From Candidatus Nealsonbacteria bacterium (GTDB lineage: Bacteria; Patescibacteriota; Minisyncoccia; Minisyncoccales; RBG-13-42-11), in the NCBI GenBank assembly GCA_026396115.1, contig JAPLXL010000002.1, positions 69,142 to 133,141 of the forward strand: DNA of 64,000 nt, read 5' to 3'. Each line of letters opens with the position of its first letter. The stretch's first letter is position 1. Positions 1 to 8,800 of this stretch are shown here, piece after piece. The notes under the pieces were generated by a model. The model worked only from the letters and a program-made list of their open reading frames with translations. It had not been told where the DNA came from and searched no databases. A program made the translations under genes and the position numbers.

Positions 1-1
1 T

Positions 2-385
2 TTGGCTGCCATTTTAAATAAAGAAAAAGAAAAAAGATTTAAAGCCAAAGAAGAAAAAGATATTCAGTTAACCGATGAAGAAGTGATAGAAGTTATTTCT
101 TCTGAAGCGAAGAAAAGAAGAGAATCGATTTTTGAGTTTGGAAAAGGCAAAAGGCAGGACTTGGTTGAAAAAGAAAAAAAAGAATTAGAAATTTTGGAGA
201 AATATTTGCCAGAGCAATTACCGGAAGAAGAAATTAGAAAATTGATAAAAGATGCAATCGAAAAAACCGATGCCAAAGAAATAAAAGACATGGGAAAGGT
301 TATGGCAGAATTAATGCCAAAGATTAAGGGCAAGGCCGATGGCACTCTAGTTTCAAAAATCGTTAAAGAGCTATTAGAGACATAA
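2..385 (+). CDS. GatB/YqeY domain protein (5'-truncated by window edge)
   Basis: Motifs KKRRESIFEFGKGKRQDLVEKEKKELEILEKYLPEQL and DMGKVMAELMPKIKGKADG typical of YqeY. Confidence 0.9.
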   Translation: MAAILNKEKEKRFKAKEEKDIQLTDEEVIEVISSEAKKRRESIFEFGKGKRQDLVEKEKKELEILEKYLPEQLPEEEIRKLIKDAIEKTDAKEIKDMGKVMAELMPKIKGKADGTLVSKIVKELLET

Positions 386-428
386 AACATAAAATATATT
401 ACCTTTGAGCTCAATAAATTTTCAATTA

Positions 429-472
429 CCAGAATCGCAATGAAGGGTGAAGAAGAGATTTATCTCTTCGAC
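429..472 (-). repeat. Two-hairpin dispersed element, family A, intergenic copy
   Basis: Reverse complement GTCGAAGAGA-TAAA-TCTCTTC-TTCACCCTTC-ATTGCGAT-TCTGG matches the other family A copies. Confidence 0.8.
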
Positions 473-480
473 TTATTTCG

Positions 481-882
481 ATGATCGAAATCAATAATTT
501 AACCACCAATCAAATCGACAGGGAGTTTTTAGAAAAAGTTGCTAAAAAAGTTTTAATGGGAGAAAATAAAAAGAAGTTAGAATTATCAATTGTCTTGGTC
601 GGTCAGGCCAGAATAAGAAAATTAAATAAGAAATACCGCCAAAATTATCGGTCAACCGACGTTCTTTCTTTCTCATATGATGGCTCGGGAGATATAGTTA
701 TTTGTTTGGGAGAGGTTAAAAAAAATGCCAAAAGATATAATTCAACTTTTAGAAAAGAATTAGCCAAAGTTTTAATTCACGGCATCTTGCATCTTTTGGG
801 CTATGACCATGAGAAGTCAGAGAAAGCTGCCAAGGAGATGGAAGAAAAACAAGAACATTATTTAAGAAAAATTTATGGCTAA
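481..882 (+). CDS. ybeY: rRNA maturation endoribonuclease YbeY
   Basis: STDVLSF and HGILHLLGYDH metal-binding motif. Confidence 0.95.
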   Translation: MIEINNLTTNQIDREFLEKVAKKVLMGENKKKLELSIVLVGQARIRKLNKKYRQNYRSTDVLSFSYDGSGDIVICLGEVKKNAKRYNSTFRKELAKVLIHGILHLLGYDHEKSEKAAKEMEEKQEHYLRKIYG

Positions 883-2095
883 AACTAATATACTTGCCGG
901 TTTAGATATAGGATCAAGTACTATTAAAATTTTGATTGCGGTAAAAAGAAATGGTGAGCCGAATTTTGAGGTGCTCTTTCGGGGAGAAGAACCATCTTTA
1001 GGAGTAAGAAGGGGAGTTGTAATTGATGTTGATAAGGTTTCTAGGATTATTCAGATTCTTTTTGATAGGCTAAGAGCTGAAACTGGCCAAAAAATCAATT
1101 CAGTTTTTGTCAATATCGGAGGCAGCCATATTTCTTGCGTTTTGTCTCGGGGAATGGTTGCCGTTTCCCGGGCAGACAGAAGCGTTTCAAAAGAAGATAT
1201 AGATAGGGTTTTACAGGAAGCTGCCAGGGCTCTTTCTTTGCCTTCAAATAATGAAATTTTAGAAACTTTTCCCAAAGAATTTATTATTGATGGCGTGGGA
1301 GGGATAAAAACCGCCGAGGGTTTACAAGGAGGGAGATTAGAAACAGAAATTTTAATTTTAAGCAGTTTTTTACCTTATAAAAATAATTTAATCCAAGCGG
1401 TTTTGGATGCAGGCCTCCAAATTTCGGACATTGTTCCTTCTTCGATAGCCAGTTCATCTGTTGTTCTTTCTCAGAGACAAAAAGAATTAGGCGTGGCAAT
1501 TTTAGACATAGGAGCGGGCACTTCAGATTTGGCTGTTTTTGAGGAAGGAGATCTGGTTCATTTAGCTGTTTTCCCCATTGGCTCGGCCAATATAACTTCA
1601 GACATTGCTGTTGGTTTGAAAACAGATGTTGATATCGCCGAAGCAATAAAGATAAAACTGGGCAGTTGTCTTTTTAAGGGAAAAGACAAAAAAGAAAAAA
1701 CTGAAGTTGAAGGAGAAGAGCCTTTGATTTTTTCTCAAAAAATATTGACAGGAATTATTGAGGCGCGGGTTTCAGAAATTTTTGGAGAAGTTCAAAAAGA
1801 ATTAAAAAAGATTTCAAAACAAAATCTACTGCCCTCGGGCCTTGTTTTAGCGGGAGGAGGGGCAAGGTTGCCAAAAATTGTTGAGTTAGCTAAAAAAGAA
1901 TTAAAGCTTCCTTGTCGGCTCGGAAAAATTGCTTGTTTCCCGGAATTAGAAGAAGAACTAAGTTATGCTACTGTTTGCGGATTAGTTTTTGATGGCAGTA
2001 AATCAGAAGGCAGAGAGATTTGGCGGGAAAGCAGTTTTTCTTCCGGTAGTTTTGCTAATAAAATAAAGAAAATATTTAGAAATTTTTTACCATGA
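875..2095 (+). CDS. ftsA: Cell division protein FtsA
   Basis: GLDIGSSTIK and LDIGAGTSD actin-like ATPase motifs; C-terminal amphipathic helix KIKKIFRNFLP; overlaps ftsZ. Confidence 0.95.
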   Translation: MAKTNILAGLDIGSSTIKILIAVKRNGEPNFEVLFRGEEPSLGVRRGVVIDVDKVSRIIQILFDRLRAETGQKINSVFVNIGGSHISCVLSRGMVAVSRADRSVSKEDIDRVLQEAARALSLPSNNEILETFPKEFIIDGVGGIKTAEGLQGGRLETEILILSSFLPYKNNLIQAVLDAGLQISDIVPSSIASSSVVLSQRQKELGVAILDIGAGTSDLAVFEEGDLVHLAVFPIGSANITSDIAVGLKTDVDIAEAIKIKLGSCLFKGKDKKEKTEVEGEEPLIFSQKILTGIIEARVSEIFGEVQKELKKISKQNLLPSGLVLAGGGARLPKIVELAKKELKLPCRLGKIACFPELEEELSYATVCGLVFDGSKSEGREIWRESSFSSGSFANKIKKIFRNFLP

Positions 2096-3021
2096 AAAAT
2101 ATGACAAAAATTAAAGTGATTGGAGTGGGTGGTTCGGGCTCAAATGCTATATCCAGGATGGCAAAATGCAAAATAAAAGGCGTTGAATTAATTGCCATTA
2201 ATACCGATGCCCAAGATTTATCCAGAACAAGGGCGGATGTAAAATTAGGGATTGGTAGAAAAACCACTCAAGGGTTGGGCACGGGAATGAATCCGGAAAT
2301 CGGTAGAAAATCAGCCCTAGAAAATCGTCAGGAGATTTTAGAGATTTTAAAAGGTTCTGATATGGTTTTTATTACTTGCGGACTTGGTGGGGGAACGGGA
2401 TCGGGAGCAGCTCCAGTGATTGCTCAAGTTACCAAAGAATTGGAAATTTTAACCTTGGCCGTAGTTACAAAACCTTTTTCCTTTGAGGGACAGGTTCGGT
2501 TAAAAATCGCTGAAGATGGCATTAGAAAATTAAAAGAAAATGTTGATACTTTAATTTCTATTTCCAACGATAAACTTCTTGCTACTTTAGATCCCAATAT
2601 CTCTCTTGTAAATGCTTTCTGGGCCTGCGATGATATTTTGCGTCAGGCAGTTCAGGGAATTTCCGATTTAATTTTGTTGCCTGGCATTATTAATGTTAAT
2701 TTTGCCGACGTTAAGACGATTATGAAAAATGCCGGTTCCGCACTTTTTGGAGTAGGCAAGGCTTGGGGTGAAGGAAGAGCAGAAAAAGCGGCCCTTTCTG
2801 CCATAAACTCTCCTTTATTGGATGTATCGGTAAAAGGAGCCAGAGGAGTTTTGTTTAATGTTTCTGGCGGAAAAGATATTAGTCTTTCAGAAATTGATGA
2901 AGTTGCCAGGTTTATTACCAAAGAGATTAACCCTGAAGCAAAAATAATTTTCGGCGCCGTTCAAAATGAAAATTTGAAACAAGGGGAGATAAAAGTAACG
3001 GTCATTGCTACCGGATTTTAA
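2092..3021 (+). CDS. ftsZ: Cell division protein FtsZ (no C-terminal tail)
   Basis: IKVIGVGGSG, GGGTGSG tubulin signature, NVNFADV; ends at VTVIATGF. Confidence 0.95.
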   Translation: MKNMTKIKVIGVGGSGSNAISRMAKCKIKGVELIAINTDAQDLSRTRADVKLGIGRKTTQGLGTGMNPEIGRKSALENRQEILEILKGSDMVFITCGLGGGTGSGAAPVIAQVTKELEILTLAVVTKPFSFEGQVRLKIAEDGIRKLKENVDTLISISNDKLLATLDPNISLVNAFWACDDILRQAVQGISDLILLPGIINVNFADVKTIMKNAGSALFGVGKAWGEGRAEKAALSAINSPLLDVSVKGARGVLFNVSGGKDISLSEIDEVARFITKEINPEAKIIFGAVQNENLKQGEIKVTVIATGF

Positions 3022-3029
3022 ATTGCTAA

Positions 3030-4502
3030 ATGTCTCAATCTCAAATTTTTTTATTCATCTGTCTCTCTTTTATCGGAGGCATTTTTTTAAATTCATTCTT
3101 GCCCGTTGGAGCCTTGGTAAAGACGGGTTTGGTTATCCTTGGAATATTGCTTATCTCAATTTTCTGGAGATATAAAAAAATAACTGTCCTTGGTTTTTGT
3201 ATTTTATTTTTGGTTTTGGGAATTTGGCGGCATCAGCTGACAGAGTTAAGAATTATGAATAATGAATTAAGAAAATACAATGACCAAGAAAAAATTATTA
3301 CTTTAGTAGGAGTGATCGCCAAAGAGCCAGATATTAGAGAAAAAAGTGTCAAACTGACAGTTCAACCAGAAAATATAAATGGAAAGGTTTTGGTAATTGC
3401 TAGTCGATACCCTGAATATCAATATGGAGATAAATTAAAAATTATTGGAAAATTAGAAACTCCTCTTGAATTTGAAGATTTCAATTACAAAGATTATTTG
3501 GCCAAAGACGGAATTTATTCGATCATGTATTATTCTAAAATTGAATTAGTCGGTCAAGGTTTTGGAAAACCGATTTATAAAATCCTTTTTTATTTCAAAA
3601 ATAAATTTGAAGAAACGGCCAGAAGCTTTATTTCTCCTCCCCAAGAAGGAATTTTGGAAGCTTTGGCTTTTGGCGATGAGGGAAATATCTCTAATGATTG
3701 GAAAGAAAAATTCAATATTACCGGCACCCGGCATATTGCTGCTGTTTCCGGGATGAACATTACAATTATTTCAGCCTTGCTTTTGAATATTCTTTTGCTA
3801 TTAGGATTCTGGCGGAATCAAGCTTTTTATCTATCCGTTATTTTGCTGGTTATTTATATTTTGATGATCGGGGCGCCGGCTTCAGCCGTTAGGGCGGGGA
3901 TTATGGGAATTATTTTTCTAACAGCCCAGCATTTTGGCAGATTGTCAGCTGCTTCCAGGGCCGTTGTTTTTTCCGCAGCTATTATACTGGCTTTGAACCC
4001 CTTGCTTTTGAAATTAGATGTCGGATTTCAATTGTCATTTTTGGCAATGATGGGAATAATTTATCTTCAGCCCGCCTTTCTAAATTTTTTTAAAAAGATG
4101 CCCGATTTTAAATTTTTTTCCTTAGGAACTACTCTTTCAACTACCCTTTCCGCCCAGATTTTTACCTTGCCAATTTTAATTTATAATTTTGGCTATATTC
4201 CTTTAATTTCTCCAATTACCAATATTTTAATTGTTCCATTTTTAGCCCCAATTACTATTTTGATTTTTGTTTTTGGCTTTTCGGCAATGCTTTTTTGGCC
4301 GTTGGGTTTTCTTTTTTCTTTGCCGGTTTGGTTTTTCTTAAGCTATATTACTTACCTGATTGACGGGTTCTCAAAACTTTCTTTTGTTTCTTTAAGCATA
4401 AAAAATATTCATTGGATTTGGCTGTTAATTTCTTATTTAATTTTAGGATTATTTATTTGGCGGTTTAAAGAAAAACAAAAACTAAAGTTTCTGAAATATT
4501 AA
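3030..4502 (+). CDS. comEC: Competence protein ComEC (OB-fold/DUF4131 plus Competence domain, no beta-lactamase domain)
   Basis: GTRHIAAVSGMNI, PASAVRAGIM, DVGFQLSFLA motifs; many TM helices. Confidence 0.92.
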   Translation: MSQSQIFLFICLSFIGGIFLNSFLPVGALVKTGLVILGILLISIFWRYKKITVLGFCILFLVLGIWRHQLTELRIMNNELRKYNDQEKIITLVGVIAKEPDIREKSVKLTVQPENINGKVLVIASRYPEYQYGDKLKIIGKLETPLEFEDFNYKDYLAKDGIYSIMYYSKIELVGQGFGKPIYKILFYFKNKFEETARSFISPPQEGILEALAFGDEGNISNDWKEKFNITGTRHIAAVSGMNITIISALLLNILLLLGFWRNQAFYLSVILLVIYILMIGAPASAVRAGIMGIIFLTAQHFGRLSAASRAVVFSAAIILALNPLLLKLDVGFQLSFLAMMGIIYLQPAFLNFFKKMPDFKFFSLGTTLSTTLSAQIFTLPILIYNFGYIPLISPITNILIVPFLAPITILIFVFGFSAMLFWPLGFLFSLPVWFFLSYITYLIDGFSKLSFVSLSIKNIHWIWLLISYLILGLFIWRFKEKQKLKFLKY

Positions 4503-4507
4503 ACCTT

Positions 4508-4528
4508 TACACCAAAGTTTGGTGCGGC
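4508..4528. repeat. Degenerate family B palindrome
   Basis: TACACCAAA-G-TTTGGTGCGG shares the CACCA/TGGTGCGG core of the copies at 4903 and 23228. Confidence 0.5.
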
Positions 4529-4557
4529 GGTAAAATTTTGGTAAAATAAGTAAATCT

Positions 4558-5880
4558 ATGGGAAAAATTTACCTAATCTCGGTTAATATGGGTTATGGTC
4601 ATCAAAGAGCCGCTTATCCTTTAAAAAATTTAGCTGTTGAAGAGGAAATTATTAATGTCAATGATTATCCGGGAATCTCCAAAAAAGATAGAAAAATTTG
4701 GGCAAAACTGCGAAAAGGTTACGAGCTTATATCAAAATTTAAGAAAATTCCTTTAATTGGTGAATTTGGATTTTTTATTTTTGATCAGTTTCAGAAAATT
4801 CTCAGTTTTTATCCCAAAAGAGACTTGTCAAAACCGAATTTTCAATTAAAACAAACATTCTCACTGATAAAAAAGGGCTGGGGAAAAGATCTCATTGAAA
4901 AACTTGCCCCGTACCGAAACGAAGTTTCTGGTGCGGGGTTAAAAAGAGAACCCCTTCCTTTAGTCAGCACTTTTTTCGCCCCGGCTTTTATGGCTGAATA
5001 TTTTAATTATCCCGGCCAAATTTTTTGCCTTATTTGCGATGCCGATATTTCCAGAACCTGGGCACCCCTTAATTCCAAAACAAGCAGAATTAAATATTTT
5101 GCTCCGACAGAAAGAGTTGCAGAAAGGCTAAAACTTTATGGAGTTAAAGAGGAAAACATTTTTTTAACCGGTTACCCCCTGCCTTTGGAAAATACGGGCA
5201 GCGAAAATTTGGAAATTTTAAAAAATGATTTAAAATACCGGCTTTTAAACCTTGATCCACAAAAGAGATTTTTCCAATATTACGAGCCCCTGACAAAAAA
5301 ATATTTGGGAAACTTGCCCCAAAAACCCAATCATCCTTTAACATTAATGTTTGCCGTTGGCGGAGCCGGGGCGCAGAAAGAAATCGGAATTAAAATTTTA
5401 AAACATTTGTTTCACGAACGGGCCACTGGAATTAAAATAATTTTGTCAGCTGGAATTAAAGAAAAAGTTAAAGAATATTTTCTTAAAAATATTAAAAATT
5501 TAGGTTTTAAAAATCATTTGGGAAAGGAAATTGAAATTCTTTTTGAAGAAGATATAGAAAGTTATTTTCGAAGTTTTAATCTGGCTTTAAGAAAAACCGA
5601 TATTTTATGGACAAAATCATCAGAACTTTCTTTTTATTCGGTTTTGGGAATTCCAATTATTATTGCTCCGTCAATCGGTTCTCAAGAAGAATTCAATAAA
5701 AGATGGCTTTTAAAATCTGGCTTCGGCCTTTTGCAGGAAAATCCAAATTATGTTCATCAATGGCTTTTTGATTGGCTGGAAAAAGGATATCTGGCTGAGG
5801 CTGCCATGCAGGGTTTTATTGAAGGAGAAAAATTAGGAACCTATAAAATTGAAAAAATAATTTCAAAATGTCTTGGTTAA
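4558..5880 (+). CDS. Glycosyltransferase-like protein (GT-B / MGDG-synthase-like)
   Basis: N-terminal MGYGHQRAA motif; C-terminal ILWTKSSELSF..LGIPIII resembles GT-B. Confidence 0.6.
   Translation: MGKIYLISVNMGYGHQRAAYPLKNLAVEEEIINVNDYPGISKKDRKIWAKLRKGYELISKFKKIPLIGEFGFFIFDQFQKILSFYPKRDLSKPNFQLKQTFSLIKKGWGKDLIEKLAPYRNEVSGAGLKREPLPLVSTFFAPAFMAEYFNYPGQIFCLICDADISRTWAPLNSKTSRIKYFAPTERVAERLKLYGVKEENIFLTGYPLPLENTGSENLEILKNDLKYRLLNLDPQKRFFQYYEPLTKKYLGNLPQKPNHPLTLMFAVGGAGAQKEIGIKILKHLFHERATGIKIILSAGIKEKVKEYFLKNIKNLGFKNHLGKEIEILFEEDIESYFRSFNLALRKTDILWTKSSELSFYSVLGIPIIIAPSIGSQEEFNKRWLLKSGFGLLQENPNYVHQWLFDWLEKGYLAEAAMQGFIEGEKLGTYKIEKIISKCLG
4903..4939. repeat. Family B palindromic element inserted in-frame in CDS
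   Basis: GCCCCGTACC-GAAAC-GAA-GTTTC-TGGTGCGGGGT, a GC-rich hairpin encoding LAPYRNEVSGAG. Confidence 0.8.
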
Positions 5881-6782
5881 TAATTACAATTTCATTTTAT
5901 TTTATTTTAGCCATTGTTTTTTTAGTTGATAAATATCTTTTAACTAGTTCTATTCCAAATCCTAAAGTTTATACATTTTATGTCGGTGCTTTAGGAATTT
6001 TAGTTTTAGTTTTTGCACCTTTTGTAGGATTTTATATTCCAACAATTCCCCAAATTATTTTAGCTTTCTCGGCTGGAGCTATTTATATTTACGCTCTTTT
6101 TTGGTTTTACAAGTCCTTGCAACTTTTTGAGGCCTCGAGAGTAGTGCCGGCCATCGGCGGTTTAACTCCCTTGTTTACTTTTGCTTTGATATATCTTTTT
6201 TCCCGCGGAAGAGAAATTTTGTCTTTCTTGGAAATTATAGCTTTTATTTTTTTAATTTTAGGAAGCGTTTTGATAAATCTTAAAAAAGAAAAATTGATAA
6301 ATATAAAAAGTTTAAAATTTTCTGTCCTAACCGCTTTTCTTTTATCTTTATCATTTGTTTTAATAAAATATGTTTATTTGGTTCAACCCTTCTGGAATGG
6401 TTTTATTTGGAGAAGTGTAGGCGGTTTTTTAATGGCCATTTGTTTTTTTGTTTTTTTTCCGGAAATTAAGAAAGAAATTTTTATTAAGAGAAGAGAAAAA
6501 TTCCCGAAAAAAACAGCTATTATTTTTCTTACGAATCAAACAGCCGGCGCCGGAGCGGCTCTTTTGCAGAACTGGGCAATTTTTTTAGTGCCTTTAGCTT
6601 ATATGCCTTTTATCAATGCCCTTCAGGGAGTTCAATACGTTTTTCTTTTGATTTTTGCCATAATTTTGTCTTTTAAATTGCCTAAAATTTTGAAAGAAGA
6701 AATATCCCGGGAAATTATCTTTCAAAAAGTTGCTGCTATTTTATTAATCGGCGCAGGATTGATTTTAATAGCCTTAAAATAA
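5868..6782 (+). CDS. EamA/DMT-like membrane protein
   Basis: About 10 hydrophobic helices; EASRVVP..GGLTPLFT DMT-like motif. Confidence 0.65.
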   Translation: MSWLIITISFYFILAIVFLVDKYLLTSSIPNPKVYTFYVGALGILVLVFAPFVGFYIPTIPQIILAFSAGAIYIYALFWFYKSLQLFEASRVVPAIGGLTPLFTFALIYLFSRGREILSFLEIIAFIFLILGSVLINLKKEKLINIKSLKFSVLTAFLLSLSFVLIKYVYLVQPFWNGFIWRSVGGFLMAICFFVFFPEIKKEIFIKRREKFPKKTAIIFLTNQTAGAGAALLQNWAIFLVPLAYMPFINALQGVQYVFLLIFAIILSFKLPKILKEEISREIIFQKVAAILLIGAGLILIALK

Positions 6783-6806
6783 TCGGTCCACCGGGATGGC
6801 TTCCCT

Positions 6807-6852
6807 GGGCGAAGAAGATAAATCTTCTTCTTTACCCTTCGCTGCGGCTCGG
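6807..6852 (+). repeat. Family A two-hairpin element, intergenic
   Basis: GGGC-GAAGAAGA-TAAA-TCTTCTTC-TTTACCCTTC-GCTGCGGC-TCGG. Confidence 0.85.
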
Positions 6853-6865
6853 GTGTGCAATAAAG

Positions 6866-7885
6866 ATGAAAAAAAATTTAAAGAAAATGATTTTTGCAAT
6901 ATTAATCTTTCTTTTTATTATTTTGGGTTTCTTTTTTCTTGGAAGCGCTCCCCAAGCGGAAGAAATTAAATGGGGAGTCAATTTTTCCCAAAAACACAGC
7001 CGGGACATGGGATTGGAATGGAAAGAAAATTATTTAGCTTTGCTTGATGATTTAAATGTAAAAGATTTAAAAGTTGCCGTTCATTGGGACTTAATTGAGC
7101 CGGAAAAAAATGAATATCGTTTTGAAGACCTGGATTGGCAGATAAATACGGCTGAAAAAAGAGGGGCTAAAATTCTTTTGGTAATTGGCATGAAAACGCC
7201 GAGATGGCCGGAATGCCATCTTCCTGGCTGGGCAAAGAATTTAACCAGAAAAGAACAAGAAGAAAAAATTTTAGAAATGCTTAAAAATATTGTTTTGCGT
7301 TACAAAGATTCAAAAACTATATATGCCTGGCAGGTAGAAAATGAACCTTTTTTCCCTTTTGGCGATTGTCCCTGGCTTCATGACAGAAAATTTCTTAAAG
7401 TAGAGATTGATTTGGTCAAGAGTCTTGATTTTCAAAACAGACCGGTGGTAATATCTGATAGTGGAGAGTGGTCTTTTTGGTTTAGAGCGGCTCGGATTGG
7501 CGACATTGTTGGCACAACAATGTATAGAAAAGTCTGGTTTCACCAGTTAGCAGTTTATGTTACTTATCCTATCCCCCCTGTTTTTTATTGGAGAAGGGCC
7601 CAACTTGTTGAAAAGTTTTTTGATAAAAAAGTAATTTGCGTTGAATTTCAAGCTGAGCCCTGGGGGCCAAAACTGCTTTATAATTTGCCTTTAGCAGAAC
7701 AGGAAAAAACAATGAACTTGGAACAATTCAGGAAAAATATTGAATATGCAAAAAAAACCGGCTTAAAAGAATTCTATTTATGGGGAGCTGAATGGTGGTA
7801 TTGGATGAAAGAGAAACAAAACCAGCCAGAAATTTGGAACGAAGCAAAAAAATTATTTATTGAAATCAAAGGTGAAACGAATTGA
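6866..7885 (+). CDS. Membrane-anchored glycoside hydrolase, clan GH-A-like
   Basis: N-terminal TM helix; WDLIEP, WQVENEP (acid/base Glu), EFQAEPW (putative nucleophile). Confidence 0.7.
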   Translation: MKKNLKKMIFAILIFLFIILGFFFLGSAPQAEEIKWGVNFSQKHSRDMGLEWKENYLALLDDLNVKDLKVAVHWDLIEPEKNEYRFEDLDWQINTAEKRGAKILLVIGMKTPRWPECHLPGWAKNLTRKEQEEKILEMLKNIVLRYKDSKTIYAWQVENEPFFPFGDCPWLHDRKFLKVEIDLVKSLDFQNRPVVISDSGEWSFWFRAARIGDIVGTTMYRKVWFHQLAVYVTYPIPPVFYWRRAQLVEKFFDKKVICVEFQAEPWGPKLLYNLPLAEQEKTMNLEQFRKNIEYAKKTGLKEFYLWGAEWWYWMKEKQNQPEIWNEAKKLFIEIKGETN

Positions 7886-7908
7886 AAATTCGTTGAACAT
7901 TGAAAATT

Positions 7909-8778
7909 ATGCTTAGCATTATTATTCCCGCCCTGAATGAGGAAAAATATCTTCCCTTATTGCTTAATTTAATCAAGCAGCAGAACTTTGCTGGAGGCGA
8001 AGAGGATAAATCCTCTTCTTCACCTTCGCTTTCCCGAGCGATAGCGAAGGGGGAAGAAGAAAGTTTACTTTCTTCGCCCTCGCTAGGCGAAAGCTCGGCT
8101 TATGAAGTGATTGTGGCTGATGCCGACTCTATTGATAAAACAGTTGAGATTGCCAAAAGTTTTGGCTGTCAAGTTATTAGAGGCGGCCTGCCGGCCAGAG
8201 GAAGAAATGAGGGAGCAAAAATTGCCAAAGGAGAGATTTTTTTGTTTATGGACGCTGATAATGTTTTTTTGCCAGAGAACTTTCTAGAAAACCTTTTGGC
8301 AGAATTTGAAAAAAAGAAATTGGGAGTAGCTTCTTTTCCGATCTATCCCAGGGGTAAAAAAATAGATAAAATTCTTTACGGAATTTACAATAATTTTGTT
8401 AATTTGACTAAAATTCCCTGTGCCACAAATTCGGTTTTGGTTAAAAAAGAAATTTTTGAAAAAGTTGGCGGATTTGACGAAGAAATAAAAATAGGTGAAG
8501 ATCATTGTTTTGTCAAGCAAGCGGCAAAATTTGGCAAATTCGGATTTATAAAAACCGAATCCGTTTTGACATCTCCCAGAAGGTTTGAGCATGAAGGCAG
8601 ATTGAGAACTTATTTGAAATATATTTTAGCCGGGATTTATATGCTTTTTTTCGGCCCGATAAAAAAACCTATTTTTAAGTATAATTTTGGTCATTGGTCA
8701 GCGAGCGAGGCAGAGCCGAGCGAAGGTGGAAAAGAGCGTAAAGTGCTCTTTGACTATTTGAAAAAGAAAAAAAATTGA
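7909..8778 (+). CDS. Glycosyltransferase family 2 with two in-frame repeat insertions
   Basis: MLSIIIPALNEE, VIVADADS, FMDAD, GGFDE..GED; ATG at 7909 preferred over TTG at 7900. Confidence 0.9.
   Translation: MLSIIIPALNEEKYLPLLLNLIKQQNFAGGEEDKSSSSPSLSRAIAKGEEESLLSSPSLGESSAYEVIVADADSIDKTVEIAKSFGCQVIRGGLPARGRNEGAKIAKGEIFLFMDADNVFLPENFLENLLAEFEKKKLGVASFPIYPRGKKIDKILYGIYNNFVNLTKIPCATNSVLVKKEIFEKVGGFDEEIKIGEDHCFVKQAAKFGKFGFIKTESVLTSPRRFEHEGRLRTYLKYILAGIYMLFFGPIKKPIFKYNFGHWSASEAEPSEGGKERKVLFDYLKKKKN
7996..8098 (+). repeat. Family A element with a second inverted copy (8034-8079) nested in it, inside GT2 CDS
   Basis: Outer GGCGAAGAGGATAAATCCTCTTCTTCACCTTCGCTTTC..GCTAGGCGAAAGCTCGG; inner reverse complement GGGCGAAGAAAGTAAACTTTCTTCTTCCCCCTTCGCTATCGCTCGG. 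Confidence 0.9.
8702..8754 (-). repeat. Family A element in the 3' end of GT2 CDS
   Basis: Reverse complement GTCAAAGAGC-ACTTTAC-GCTCTTT-TCCACCTTCGCTCGGCTCTGCCTCGCTCG. Confidence 0.8.
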
Positions 8779-8800
8779 GATAAAATTAAGTATTACCACC

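Noticed and set aside
7876..7908. AACGAATT/AATTCGTT palindrome with ATTGAAAATT twice
   Set aside because: AT-rich and seen once; could be chance.
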